The notes under the pieces were generated by a model, which was given only the letters and a program-made list of their open reading frames with translations, was not told the DNA's origin and did no database searches. A program made the position numbers and the translations under genes. A stretch of DNA of 64,000 nt from Owenia fusiformis (Eukaryota), in contig CAIIXF020000001.1 in assembly GCA_903813345.2 (NCBI GenBank), positions 6,820,001 through 6,884,000 of the forward strand, read 5' to 3'. Shown piece by piece: positions 13,308 through 25,464 of the stretch. Within the stretch, counting starts at the first letter, position 1. Each line of letters starts with the position of its first letter.

Positions 13308-14641
13308 ATGAGTTATATCCAGCAATCGTAATGTTAAATCGGACATCACCTTATCTCCTAACTGGTACTATTACTGAGATTTCATATCAACACTTTAGTC
13401 TACTAAATTAATGTTTAAAACTCATATATGTGAGCGTTAATGCAGGGGCATTTCATACAGCCTATAAACACTGCCCTTTCATCAAATGTCTTTTCTGGTT
13501 TCCTTAATTTCGCCAATTTCTTAAGAAATTGATGGATAATTTCAAGATTATATGATCAGACACATAAACATGGCATATACCACATACGTTTCTCATATTT
13601 AGTTGTTGTTTTTTAGTTGTTGTTTTTTTGTTGAACCATATATTACGTACATGGATAATTGTATTTTATTTACAAGTAGGCTGCATCTTGTATTAGACCA
13701 ACATAGCATCAAGTTTCACTAGAGCTGCTTAGAACACTTCTTATCAGATGTGTTGACAGCTCTCCTGATAAAGAAAGTGTCTGGTAATTTCTGGATTTGG
13801 TCCCATTTTTTGAACCACCCTGTATTTACATATAAAACAAGGCATGACATGACAAAATGTCACCACCTAGTTGCTCACAATATTATGAGTTCAATCTTAA
13901 CCTGATGAAATTTGAGCAAACTGATGTTTCCATATTTTCAGAAAGATCTGGTCTAGTTTCTAGTTTTTTTTATATGTAAATTATTTAACAACATCTTAAA
14001 CAGTGAACTTGATAGTGAATTTCATATTTAAACCTACACAAACTCCCAATGTACTATACACTATAGCGTGGTAACCGTAAGGTACAACACAAGGATCTGA
14101 ATTTGCGTTTTACCGTATCTCAGGTAAATGTACCAAAGCGTTATATATAAGTTTCATTCAACTGTCACACTTAATTTGGTACACACTCAGTGGTGAAGTT
14201 CAATAGATTAGAAAGAAAATTGTAATTGAACTGTGTGTGAATATGAAACTAATATACAATTCTATTTTGGTTCAGCCTTCGTAGTAGTTTACAACAAAGA
14301 ACTTTTAGATTTGGCGCCAAAATAACTTAGCATTTACATGGTAACATGGTACACCATGGTCAGATGACTTCAAAAATGCTGCGAAAATAACAACATTCCA
14401 GAAATCAACATTTTCGTCTTAATAAATCATTAATTGTGGGGCAATAGCACTAACTTTGTAAGTCAAAATAACAAAAAGTTGTTATTTGTGCTAAGTAAAT
14501 AAGATTTCAATGACTCAAGTGTGTTCATATTAGATGAATATCACTGTACCTCCATCCCGATTAAACTATAACTAGTAAGGGACCTCTTAACTGTGCACTC
14601 TGAAAAACTTATCTTAAATGTGAGACCGAGTTTTCAAAATC

Positions 14642-16881
14642 ATGGGACATTCAAAAGTGCTCATGCTTTGTTGCATGATGATGGTTGTTTTTCCAGTGAC
14701 TTGTCATGGAAGTAAAATATTAATGTATCCTGTTGATGCAGGCTACAATAGCAGACTTATGAACATGTTTAAACTCGGCAGAATGCTCATTAAGGCCAAC
14801 CACCAGATCACATTTGTTGTTTCCGAGAGAATGAAAGAAGATGCTTTGTTTAAATTGGCAGAGGGAGGAAAAGTGGATTCAAACCTCAATGTAATCAGCT
14901 ATATTACTCCACCAGTGGATCCGACACTAATGCACTTGAGTACTGAGAACCAGGACTTTCTTGATGCATTGATCGTTAAGGACTTTGCACAGTCTCTCAA
15001 TTTATATGCTCCAGCATCAAGAATGGCTTTAAAGAGCAACCTTGAGGATGAAACTGTCATTGGCCATTTATATGCAAAACAGTTTGACCTTATTATCGCG
15101 GATGAATTTGTGCTTTGCCCAAGAATCATTGCTGCAGATAGAAACATTCCGATCATTTTGTATTCCAACTGGGGCCCAATGTCTATTGATTCTGATATCA
15201 TTCCAAGGTACAGCCTAGCATATGTTAATGCAAATTTCAATAGATTCAGTGATGTTATGACATTTCTACAAAGACTTGAAAATAGTGCTTGCAACGGTAA
15301 TGGATCTCACTGCCGGTAAATTTCACCTCCATTACCTTACCGTTACCGATAATCGTTGATACTGATAATGTTCCTAAAATCCCGGGGAAAAATCTGAAAG
15401 TGAAACTAAAATATTTGGAAAAATCCTTAACGAAGCCGATTTCTCAGCTTGATTTCCCGCTCACATCAACTACAGTGGATATATTGTATCATCGTGTATC
15501 TCGTGTGTGATTGTGTATTGTTAGGAAGTCTTTGAATGATAATATAGAGTGAATTCGATCAAAATTGATCAAATTATTTGTGTTTGTTTTTACTTCACCG
15601 AAATATCACGTCACGTGATTTGTTAATCTCGCGGCATGGGAGATGATTGACAGAAGTGGGCGGGGTTTTGCTTATCCTCCCGCCTTTTACGAATGATTTG
15701 CAGTTGATTGACAGATTAGCTCTTCAAATGTGGAGATTGAAATATACATGATTGATAAAATATTCTTAAACGAACATTGTTTCGTAAATTTGACAATGGA
15801 TCGCAATGCCAATCATGTTGCAGCAGCATGGCGATTATCGGCAATGGATTTTATTACCGGCAATTGAGAGTATCTACTGCCGCTGCCGACAATCCGGCAT
15901 TACCGTAAGGCACTACTTGAAAATGTATGGGATTATCTAAGAATCCGATGGGAAATCTCTGGTATCTACACATTAGCAGAAGCTGTTTGCCAAGAACATG
16001 GTTACGGGAAGTCTTGTGACAATATCAGGGGGATCCACAAGACTGTTAACCTTGTGCTCATGAACAGAAATGATGTTACTTATTACCCTGCACCCTATAT
16101 GCCACATATTATTTCCTCAGAAGGGTTCTTCCTTGATAAACCAAAACCTTTAGATAAATATTACACAGATGTCATAAAAAGGTCAGGAAGAGATGGTATC
16201 ATCGTGGCTAGCTTTGGGTCATTGTTCCGGAGATTAGCGCCGAGATATAGTACCATTTTTGCTGAAGCATTTTCTAAAATGCCGCAAACTGTAATATGGA
16301 GCTACGAAGGTGAAACACCAGAAGGTCTTGGAGATAACACAATTGTTTCAAAATGGATTCCTCAAACTGATCTACTGGCAAATCCTGCAGTTAAACTGTT
16401 CATAACACAGTGCGGTGTTTCTTCATTATTTGAGGCATTAAACTATGGTCTCCCTGTTGTTGGGATTCCCTTTATTGGGGACCAGGAGTACAATTGTCTT
16501 AAACTTGCGGACAGAGTCAAATCAGCCAAGTTTGTCAAGTTGAAAACTATTACGAGTGGACAACTACAAAGTGTAATGGAAGAGGCTATAAATGATAAAA
16601 CATACAGAGCAAATGCAATGAAAGCCACATCAATATATCATGACCAACCCATTGATCCAAGATATAAAACATTGTTTTGGATTGAGTATGTCATTCGCCA
16701 TAAAGGAGCAGCACACTTGAGATCAGCTGGGGAAAATCAGCTGAACTTTTTTCAATATTATCTTCTCGACATAGCTGGATTAGTTGCAGTCATTTTGTTT
16801 ACTGCTTTGATAAGTTTGACTGTGATCCTGAAAGCAGTGATTAATTGCTTGCTAAAAACTTTAAAACATAAAAAGGACTAA
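14642..16881 (+). pseudogene. UGT: UGT paralog disrupted by a MITE insertion
   Basis: Colinear with 6648-8246. Removing 15283-15915 and one TSD copy restores ...FLQRLENVWDYLRIRWEISG... through to KHKKD-stop. With the insert, there is a stop at 15317-15319. Confidence 0.9.
15283..15915. mobile_element. hAT-type MITE, 633 bp
   Basis: Exact 8-bp TSD CTTGAAAA (15275-15282 and 15916-15923). Imperfect TIR TAGTGC...ACGGTAATG. Confidence 0.9.
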
Positions 16882-16899
16882 TTCACATTTTAAAGACAA

Positions 16900-17380
16900 C
16901 TCCAGTTATTATCGATGATAAACTAAAATGGAATGAACATATTGCTCATGTATCTTCCAAAATATCACAAGTAGTTGGAATTTGTAACAAGGTCAAAAAT
17001 AAGATAAATCATACTGCAATGATATCTATTTATTACTCTCTCATATATAGCCATATAAATTATTGTATTCTTATCTGGCAAACAGCAACTAAAGCTTTAT
17101 TGTTTCAAATTCTGAATGTACAAAAAAGATTCTTTAGACTGATTACAAACAGTGCTAGAACAGACGATTCCTCTCAACAATTTAAGAAAATAAAGATACT
17201 TTGATTAGAAGATATTCACAAGCTAAATGTTGGTATTTTTGTATTTAATTGTTACAAACGACCAAAAGAATTTCCTCACTACTTCATATCAAATGCCCAA
17301 ACTCAGGGACAAGGGACACGTTACAGATTCAATCTTAGATCTAATCAATTTACATCCACATTTGAAAAAAGTTCGCAGCT
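16900..17380 (+). mobile_element. CR1/L2-group LINE 3' fragment
   Basis: VIIDDKLKWNEHIAHVSSKISQVVGICNKVK...IYYSLIYSHINYCILIW...QKRFFRLIT, with an internal stop. Absent after the first UGT. Confidence 0.8.
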
Positions 17381-17523
17381 TTGAGCGCAGCTAATATATA
17401 TTTTGCTTATCCAAACTTTGGAAACAGAGCAAAATATAGTTGCATGCAAAAACTACCAGGAGTACAGTATATCATAAAATGATACATATAAAAAATAATA
17501 AAAATAACCATCACTTATGAAAG

Positions 17524-18947
17524 CCCAAGTTAAAAAATAAATCAAATATACCACTTATACATCACCAATAGATCACCAAAAAGTGATTTAGTCAAGTGGT
17601 TTGTAAGTTATATATTAAAACTGGCAATACTCACCTAATACACCACTGTAAGGGATTTTTAGGTTGAGTGGTTTGTAAGTTGAGTATGAACTTGATTTTT
17701 TCTGGAATGGTCTATTACAGTGCTGGTATATATTAATTGATCAGTCGTTTAATTGGCATATTTTCTTGAATTTTAACATTTAATGTCCCAAACTCCCACA
17801 AACTGCAGAAAAGTATACCCCATAAATCATATTTACCAAAATGAGTGTCTCCAAGGCTTCACACCAGCGTATGCATAATGCATTTTTCACGAGTTTGAGC
17901 TGAAATTTCGCCAAAATGAAGTAGGCTAAGGGTAGTCTCTGCCAGGTTTGTTTATTGTGGTAAGCTTGTAAGTGCTCGGAAGCAAATAATTCACGTGCGC
18001 AAAATAATCAAATAATCTAATTGGTCTAAACTTTGCTGCACATGCGCACAATGTGTGCCATGTTTTTTCTAGTGATTTCGTTTCGTTTCATGGAGTTTGC
18101 GTTTCAGTGTAACTTCCGCAAAAATGGCCGACCATGGACAGAATTAACAGGTAAAATCACTTCGAAATTTCAAGAGAACTTTTTACCTATAATTGCAAAA
18201 CTTTTGTTTTATTTGTGCATTCTATCTATCAGATAAGAGTTTCAGGGGTATGTATAGGCAAATTCATTTTGGTAGGAACACTTTTTTTAGTTTGAAAACG
18301 CACCCTATATTATTATATATCAGCACTGTAGTAGTGTATTAAAACTGATCCTTGATTTAGAATGAGAAACCACTTTTTTAAATGGCGTAAATAGTAAAAC
18401 TGAGAGGGAATTAATTCTACATTTGAAATGTAGCATTACAACCAGATGGGTGACAGGACTTTATTGAATCTTGCTCAACATAATCATAAAGGTATATAGA
18501 AGATGTGCATTTTGAATTTTATTCATATCTCTCACTGAATTTAGCACCATAGAGATTTTCAACATTATGTATAAAATTCTGAGATTTCAGGAGTGATTTT
18601 ATAGTAGTCTATTAGATTAGTAGTGGTGTATTAGCGGTATATAAGATTTCAGGGAGTGATGTATCAATGGTCTATTAGTAATATTTGAGACTTCAGGAGT
18701 GATTTATAGGTGGTGTATTAGTGATGTATTAGTAGTGTATTACATGCTCTCTGATTGGTCAATAAGTTTTATCTTATTTGCATGGTAATTTTTTCAACTA
18801 ACAAACCACCTAAGTCAATGGCAAAAAGTGGTCTGTTAACGAAAATCACCACTAACAAAGCATTATAGAACATATTCTACTAGTTGAGTATTAGTAGTCT
18901 ATTAGTGGTCTATAAGAGTGGTATGGCGAGCTGTTTTTTCACTTGAG
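17524..18947. mobile_element. CACTA/EnSpm-like non-autonomous element
   Basis: Ends CCCAAGTTAAAAAA / TTTTTTCACTTGAG, 2-bp AG TSD, many TATTAGTGGT-like subterminal repeats. The empty site is visible at ~9795-9815. Confidence 0.65.
17718..18328. mobile_element. Tc1/mariner-type MITE nested in the CACTA-like element
   Basis: TA-CAGTGCTGGTATATA ... TATATATCAGCACTG-TA. Confidence 0.75.
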
Positions 18948-19273
18948 AGTGGTTGCCATATTTTTCAAAACATGATCTAAGACTTATTGACATCATAAAA
19001 AAGATTATTTATAAAACCACTTTAGTCAATACCAAAATGGTCTAGAAAGGATATACTAGATATAGTATATTAAAAACTGTTGAGATAACAAAACTTGTAT
19101 TTGTAATCATATTCATATGGGACATTTACAAAAGTACAGAAGTTGATAACCTGAGGTCCATTCACATATACAGGGCGTTTCATAATGTATGCACCCCCCT
19201 CTAAACTTCTTCATGTAGTATTGCCAACCTATCACGTTATATATCATTTTGTTCCTAATGGAAATTTACATAG

Positions 19274-19699
19274 CACTGGTGATCCACTCGATTACACTGG
19301 TTACCAAAACGGTTCATTTTGGTAATAAAATGTCGGAACATCGAAGGTACGATTTTTCTTTTTTCCTTATTTCACGTGTTGTAGGTAGAATCCCCATGAC
19401 ATTTTTGACGGTTTAGATTAGAAGTGCAGATCTTAGCTGTTTTTCGAAAAAACGTTTATGTAACTTAAGTGAGGAATTAAATCAACGATTCTGTTGTCTT
19501 CTGAACTATTTGTTCACACATATGTACATTTTCTTAAACATATGATACTGATATACGTTTGTGTTAAAAAATTTCGTGGAAATTCTGCCTACAACGTGTG
19601 AAATAAGGAAAAGCGAAAAATCGTACCTTCGACGTTCCGACATTTTGTTACCAAAACGAACCATTTCGGTAACCAGCGTAATCGAGTGGATCACCAGTG
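19274..19699. mobile_element. Transib-like MITE
   Basis: TIRs >100 bp starting CACTGGTGATCCACTCGATTAC. 5-bp TSD CATAG (19269-19273 and 19700-19704). Confidence 0.8.
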
Positions 19700-20184
19700 C
19701 ATAGGATGGTTTCAGAATCAAGAGGTGTCCCTGGAACATACAATCCATCAAAATATGTGGGTAGGGGGTCATTTATAAGCAGTTATGAAAGGATTTTTAA
19801 GCCAGTCCGGTGATCTGTTCACTCTGTCTGCTACCCATTTTTAGTAATAAAGGTGGTACCATGGGCCTGGACCTTCCTTCAAGCCACTGGATGAATCCTG
19901 TCTATATATCTTTGTACATAACTGCCACAGACATGTGAACTGAGCTCTGTAATGGTGACAATAGCTAGATATGTGCAATACGGAAACTAAATTTGTCCTC
20001 AAAATCACCAGAAATTGCCATCTAAAAGACCTGTACCCACAATATTTGTTACATTGTATCTTTTATTAGTGACACCCCTTGATTCTGAAACTTTGAAATT
20101 TTATGACACTTTCCATAAGGAACAAAATGATGTATAACATGACAGATTGGCAATGCTACATGTATGAGTTAAGAGGGTGTGCAT

Positions 20185-20627
20185 TAGTGGTGCAACTCGC
20201 AAGAAAAATGCTACTCGAGTGGAAAGTGTGAAAATGCCACTGTAATCGAGTACCACTCGCAAAAATGAGGGAAAAATTTAAAAAAATAAAAAACTCACCT
20301 AGTTGACTGTTTGAAGACCAAATAGATACAATTTCTTTGTTTCTTTTATATTTTATTGATGTTATATATAGTTTTTATCAATTTAGTGAGAATAAATGTA
20401 GTTATTCATGCCATAATTGTGTTTGTTTGTTTTTAAATATTTTCATTTTGTTTCCGGAATCGATACTTTGTTTCGTTCAGTGCATCCAAAAATGATCAGT
20501 CCCGGGGTATGAGATCGTTGTTTGGGAATTCAATGCCTACTCGAGTTTGAAAAAACGTACTCGAGTAACTATCTTGGACAGGTTCAACGAGTGAGTGGCG
20601 AGTACTGGCATTCGAGTTGCACCACTA
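20185..20627. mobile_element. hAT-type MITE
   Basis: Perfect 15-bp TIR TAGTGGTGCAACTCG. 8-bp TSD GTGTGCAT. Confidence 0.9.
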
Positions 20628-20903
20628 GTGTGCATACATATAAAACATCCTGTTTAGGGTCACTGTTGAAAGACAATATTTGTTTTATTTGTTTTAGCAC
20701 CATTTGTTTTAGTACTCTTCTTCCATTTTCTACTATGACAAACATGGAATGATTTTATAATGCAAAATAATTTGTCCGCTGTGATGGAGCAGTTTCAAAG
20801 TTCACATTTGCAATTTTTACAGATGTCAACTGCTGGATGCCAACAGCCAACCAGCAATGGCCGTCACAAAAAATTGGAAACCATAACAATATGTTAATAA
20901 TAA

Positions 20904-21010
20904 TTACTGCTTTGATCCTGAAAGCAGTAATTAATTGCTTGCTAAAAATTTTAATTCATAAAAAAGTCTCATTCACATTTTGAAGACTATGTTAAGCTTC
21001 ATGTCATGCT
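20904..21010 (+). pseudogene. Relic of a third UGT 3' end
   Basis: TTACTGCTTTGATCCTGAAAGCAGTAATTAATTGCTTGCTAAAAATTTTAA matches 8164-8230, apart from a 15-bp deletion between TGAT repeats. Confidence 0.75.
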
Positions 21011-22142
21011 ATCATTCTTACAGCAAAACACATGTATTAAGATAGCACCGAAGATAAATACCAAATCAAACATGTGGGCACTTGATTTCAAATTGAACTT
21101 TTACACTTTTGACTTTATTTAGTTGATAACAAGGTTCATATATGTAAGCTGTCAGGACAAATAGTACCATGGGTACTGGGCTCACATGGTGTTGCTTAAA
21201 AGTGAATGATGGCAGAGTGTAGTTTAACTAGAATCTGCATGCAGGGTAATAGGTTTTACTCAAATATGACCTTATCGGTTTCATTAGTTTCAATAGAATC
21301 TAGAATGAGTGACCTGACAATGGGTGAATTGTTGGTTATGTAATTACATGCAGTTATTTGAAATAGGTTGTTCAAATTTGGCTGGACTCAGACACACCTT
21401 ACCTAACTATGTGTGAATAATCTATCACATATATTTAATAAAATTGGATGTGTCATGCTTGTATGTATTTACATTTGAAATAAGGATAGGATGTGCCATA
21501 GGGATGGGATGTAGCATGCATCACAGAACAGAATGAAGCAGTTAACTGGCCTTTGGTTTTGGATATTTTCCAAATGGAATGGAATAATTATTATGTCTAC
21601 ATATACAAATCATAAATTTTACTATTATAAGCATGCAAACAATAACTTATAAAATATACCAAAGATATACAGCTTATACAGCTTCAGCTTATTTATTGTT
21701 TATGATCTTGTTTATTAGTCATATAAATCCGACCGTTGTATGCTGTTATTCGATGTTCCTTGTTCTTATTTGGATATTTATTTTTTATCATTTTCTCGGC
21801 ATATACGGTCGTAGATATAGTATGGAACAAATTGCGGGAAACGCTTTCCTGGCCTGTATGGGTATCCATACAAGAAGCATGCTTATATTTCTTCAATTAC
21901 CAAGCGTTTTACGTGCATAAGGTTAGATTAAATACTTTATACTTGAAGCAAAGAAATGAATTAAATGCTTTTCTATATCTCGGCAAACTTTGGTGTAATT
22001 ATAACGGCAGAATTGTCAAGGTGTCTCGAATAGTTTCTTAAAAACCATGAGATAATGACACTTTTATCATATACATTTTTAAATACATGTAGCACTTAAA
22101 CATGAGTATGATGTTGATTATTAAACTGGTTCATCTAATATA

Positions 22143-24204
22143 CAGGGTGAGCAAAAAAAGGTAACTCGATCAAATATTGGGATTATGCTCATATTTGGAG
22201 CAATTAAACCTTGTTCAATCTTCTTTCATTTTACTATGTTTCATTTGTCTATGGCCATTGAAAATTTTATGTCCATTTTACAAAATGCGCTGTAAAATGC
22301 TGGTGTCATGTCTGGGGGCAAACTTAAAGAGAGATGTTGCAATAGGAAAGTACAATCAAGACCCCCCTAGAGTTTTTTACATGTTGAGCCACACCACATT
22401 TTCACCTATCTACTTACCAACGATGAAGCCCCAAATATGATGCTCTGTGTGCTAATTTTCATGTTTGCGGAAAAATTATTTGTTGTAATTTATTATTTGA
22501 AACAAACCAAGGAAATTCATAAGTCACGTGGCCAAAGGAATTCCATAAATGGCACTTCTGGAAATTCTTAAAGAAATTAACAAGGCACAGGGTGAACAAT
22601 ATCGTACCTAAAACATAGCAGTGTGGAATCACAATGACAAGATTTAACTAAAAACTTCCAAGATGGCCGCAGGATTCCAAAATGGCCACCAAAAAGTTAA
22701 TCAGCTCTAGAACTTCTTACCATGTTACAATTGTGAACATTTGAAGTAAATCCATCAAGTGGTTTTCCTTGAATTGTGATGACAAGATTTACCTAAAAAC
22801 TTCCAAGATGGCCACCAGAATGCATCATGGCCACAGAAAAGTTAATCAGCTTTAGAACTTTTTACCATGTAACATGTGTGAAAATTCAGAGTAAATCTGT
22901 CAAGTGGTTTTCCTGGAATCACAATGACAAGATTTATCTAAAAACTTCCAAGATGGCCACCAGAATACAAGATGGCTGCCAAAAAGTAATCAGCTTTAGA
23001 ACTTTTTACCATGTAACATGTGTAAAAATTTGAAGTAAATCCACTATGTGGTTTTCCAGGAATCGTGATGACAAGATTTATCTAAACACTTTCAAGATGG
23101 CCACCAGAATGCAAGATGTCTACTGAAAAGTTAATCAGCTCTAGAACTTCTAACCATGTAACATGTGTAAAAATTTGGAGTACATCCGTTAAGTGGTTTT
23201 CCTGGAATCGCCATGACAAGAAAGTGAGATGTTCCCGCCACCTACCACCCACCCGCCGCCTACCGCCTATCAAGCTGACGACAATAAGAAACCGGCGTTG
23301 AATCTGATTGGTTACCTCACTCATCCAGTTTTCAGAGGCTTGTGTGTTCATGTCATTTTACAGGGTTTTCCCTTGATTGGCACAATCAAACTCAATTGTG
23401 TTAAATTCTGACAGTTGATTTTCTCAATATGTCAGCAATACTTTATATTACCCACAAGTTGGTCTCAATATATATCTAATATATGTAAGATATTAAGCAA
23501 TTATAATGGGACATCACTGATTGACATCTCCAGCTTCAATGTTTCAAGGGTTTTCAGTTTCGACATTAGCCTCACAGATAAAGGTTTGGGGGATTTATCG
23601 GCGTATGGAGTATGTTTTGTAAATGTGGCCATTTTGTGAACATTAGATCTAATAGAATGAAAGAACATTGAACAAAGTTTATTTGTGCCAAATATGATTT
23701 TAAACCCATGCTGAATGGCTGAGTCATTAAAGGCACATTGTAACATACAGCCGACAAAATGGTTCAAAAAATCTTTTTCAGGCTTTAGAGTGGTTTAAAA
23801 CCTTGAGGAAATGGTGATAATGTTGTTTTTATGAAGCGGGGAAGTCAAAAGATTACAAATAGAAATCATAGTAAGCATTTGAAGATCATTAAGAAGCATT
23901 TAAAATCGAATCCACAGTAAAATCTGAAATAATTAAAATATTCCACACAGACCTCAGAGAAAACATTTCCGGTTTTATAATCCATGATTTTATCGATCAA
24001 AAAATATTTTTATGAATTTTTTCGATATCTGCTGAAATATGGTATGTATACTTATGTCGGTTGTAAAAATACAAAATAGGTAGGGTATAGAATATGTGAA
24101 AATTGTTTGATCTTGTCCCAGAACCAATATTTTGTTATTTTTATTGCCTAGAATTCCTTTAACCTACCATTGCAATGCTTGGATTAACTTTTTGGCTCAC
24201 CCTG
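22143..24204. mobile_element. Tc1/mariner-like non-autonomous element
   Basis: TA-CAGGGTGAGCAAAAAAAG ... CTTTTTGGCTCACCCTG-TA. Confidence 0.7.
22579..23320 (+). mobile_element. Satellite-carrying HINE-like element (~143-bp units) nested in the above
   Basis: Repeated ACAAGATTTAnCTAAAAACTTCCAAGATGGCC units followed by a CCGCC/CCACC microsatellite. Confidence 0.6.
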
Positions 24205-24863
24205 TAATAATTAGGATAATTAGGACTAGAAAAAAGAGTAGAAAATCCCTATGACCAAAACATTTTTTATGAATACTTTCCCGCTTATATTCTAATAACT
24301 TTGGGATATTGATATAAATACAAGTGTTTTTTGATAAATGAAATACCAGTTGTTGAATTGTATTAAAATACACACTGATGCATTTTTAGGATCATTGCTT
24401 GTGAAGGAATTTTCATGACAACTCTATTTAATTTAAATTGGTTGCTTAGAACCAAATCAACTCCTTACAAACTAGGATCATATTTGAAATACTTATTTTA
24501 TTCAGAATTCAATCTCTGTTCAAGAAGGACTTTTCAAAATGCCTGAAAACTCGTAGACAAGACTTACAGACATGATTTTACGATGGAAAACACCAAGATG
24601 GCTGACAAAAAAAAGTAGACATAGAACACCTGAATTTATTTTTAAAGCTACTAAATAGTTTAATTACTCAAAAACACCTTTTAATATGATGAAAGACCCC
24701 CATGAGCATCATTTTCAAGGCCAAACTGTAAAATTTTCTATTGTAGTTAGACTGTAGCAATACTTTACTTCTACTTAATTTGGCGCTACTTATTTTGACA
24801 GACTTACTGTTTTGAACATTTGATGGCTTAATTTGGTGGATTTACAATATTACTATGTACTAA

Positions 24864-25272
24864 GGGGAGGCATCAAAAGTTCAATGTCGGATTGGAAACT
24901 AAATAAATATAGTTTTGACTCTGACCCCCCCCCCCCTCCCCCCAAAAACTAAATACCACGAAAGTTGATCGCTGACTTCCGGTTTGAGAATTTGAAAAAT
25001 TATTGCAGGATCTAGTTTTTGTTAATTCCTATCGTAATTTGTGACCCTTGACAACTATTGATAGAATAGAATCCTTTGGAATGATCTTGAAGAAGAAAGC
25101 ATCAGGTAAAATCTTTATTTTTAAACCATTTCAAGGCATTCTGAGTCAAAATTGCCAGAAATTTGAAATGTTGAAATTTGTCGGATAGCAAACTGAAATG
25201 GGTTTGAATCCCCTCCCCCCTAACTAGATTTATTTAGTTTTTTATCCGACAACGAATGTTTGATGCCTCCCC
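24864..25272. mobile_element. PIF/Harbinger-type MITE
   Basis: TIR GGGGAGGCATCAAA. TAA TSD on both sides. Confidence 0.8.
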
Positions 25273-25464
25273 TAATGGTACTTATTTACATGGTACTAAA
25301 ATTACCTGGGAATTTGGTGGCTACCTAATTTGGCAGACTTTGACAATTCAGTGGATCCATCAAATTAAAATGGCCACAAAACTCAGTAGAAGGACAGTGG
25401 CTACTATCCTCTGAATGTCAGGATATATGCAAGTCTGGTATCCAACGAAAATTGTTGTACTTAC

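Larger units (their letters stand above)
19171..20652. mobile_element. Tc1/mariner-like MITE with ~100-bp TIRs hosting two younger MITEs
   Basis: CAGGGCGTTTCATAATGTATGCACCCCCCTC matches the reverse complement of the right end once 20185-20627 is removed. Confidence 0.7.

Noticed and set aside
15283-15915. MITE acting as a new intron that restores the UGT frame
   Set aside because: The terminal GT/AG pairs I tried (e.g. 15297 with 15909) leave a frameshift, and the acceptors lack a pyrimidine tract.
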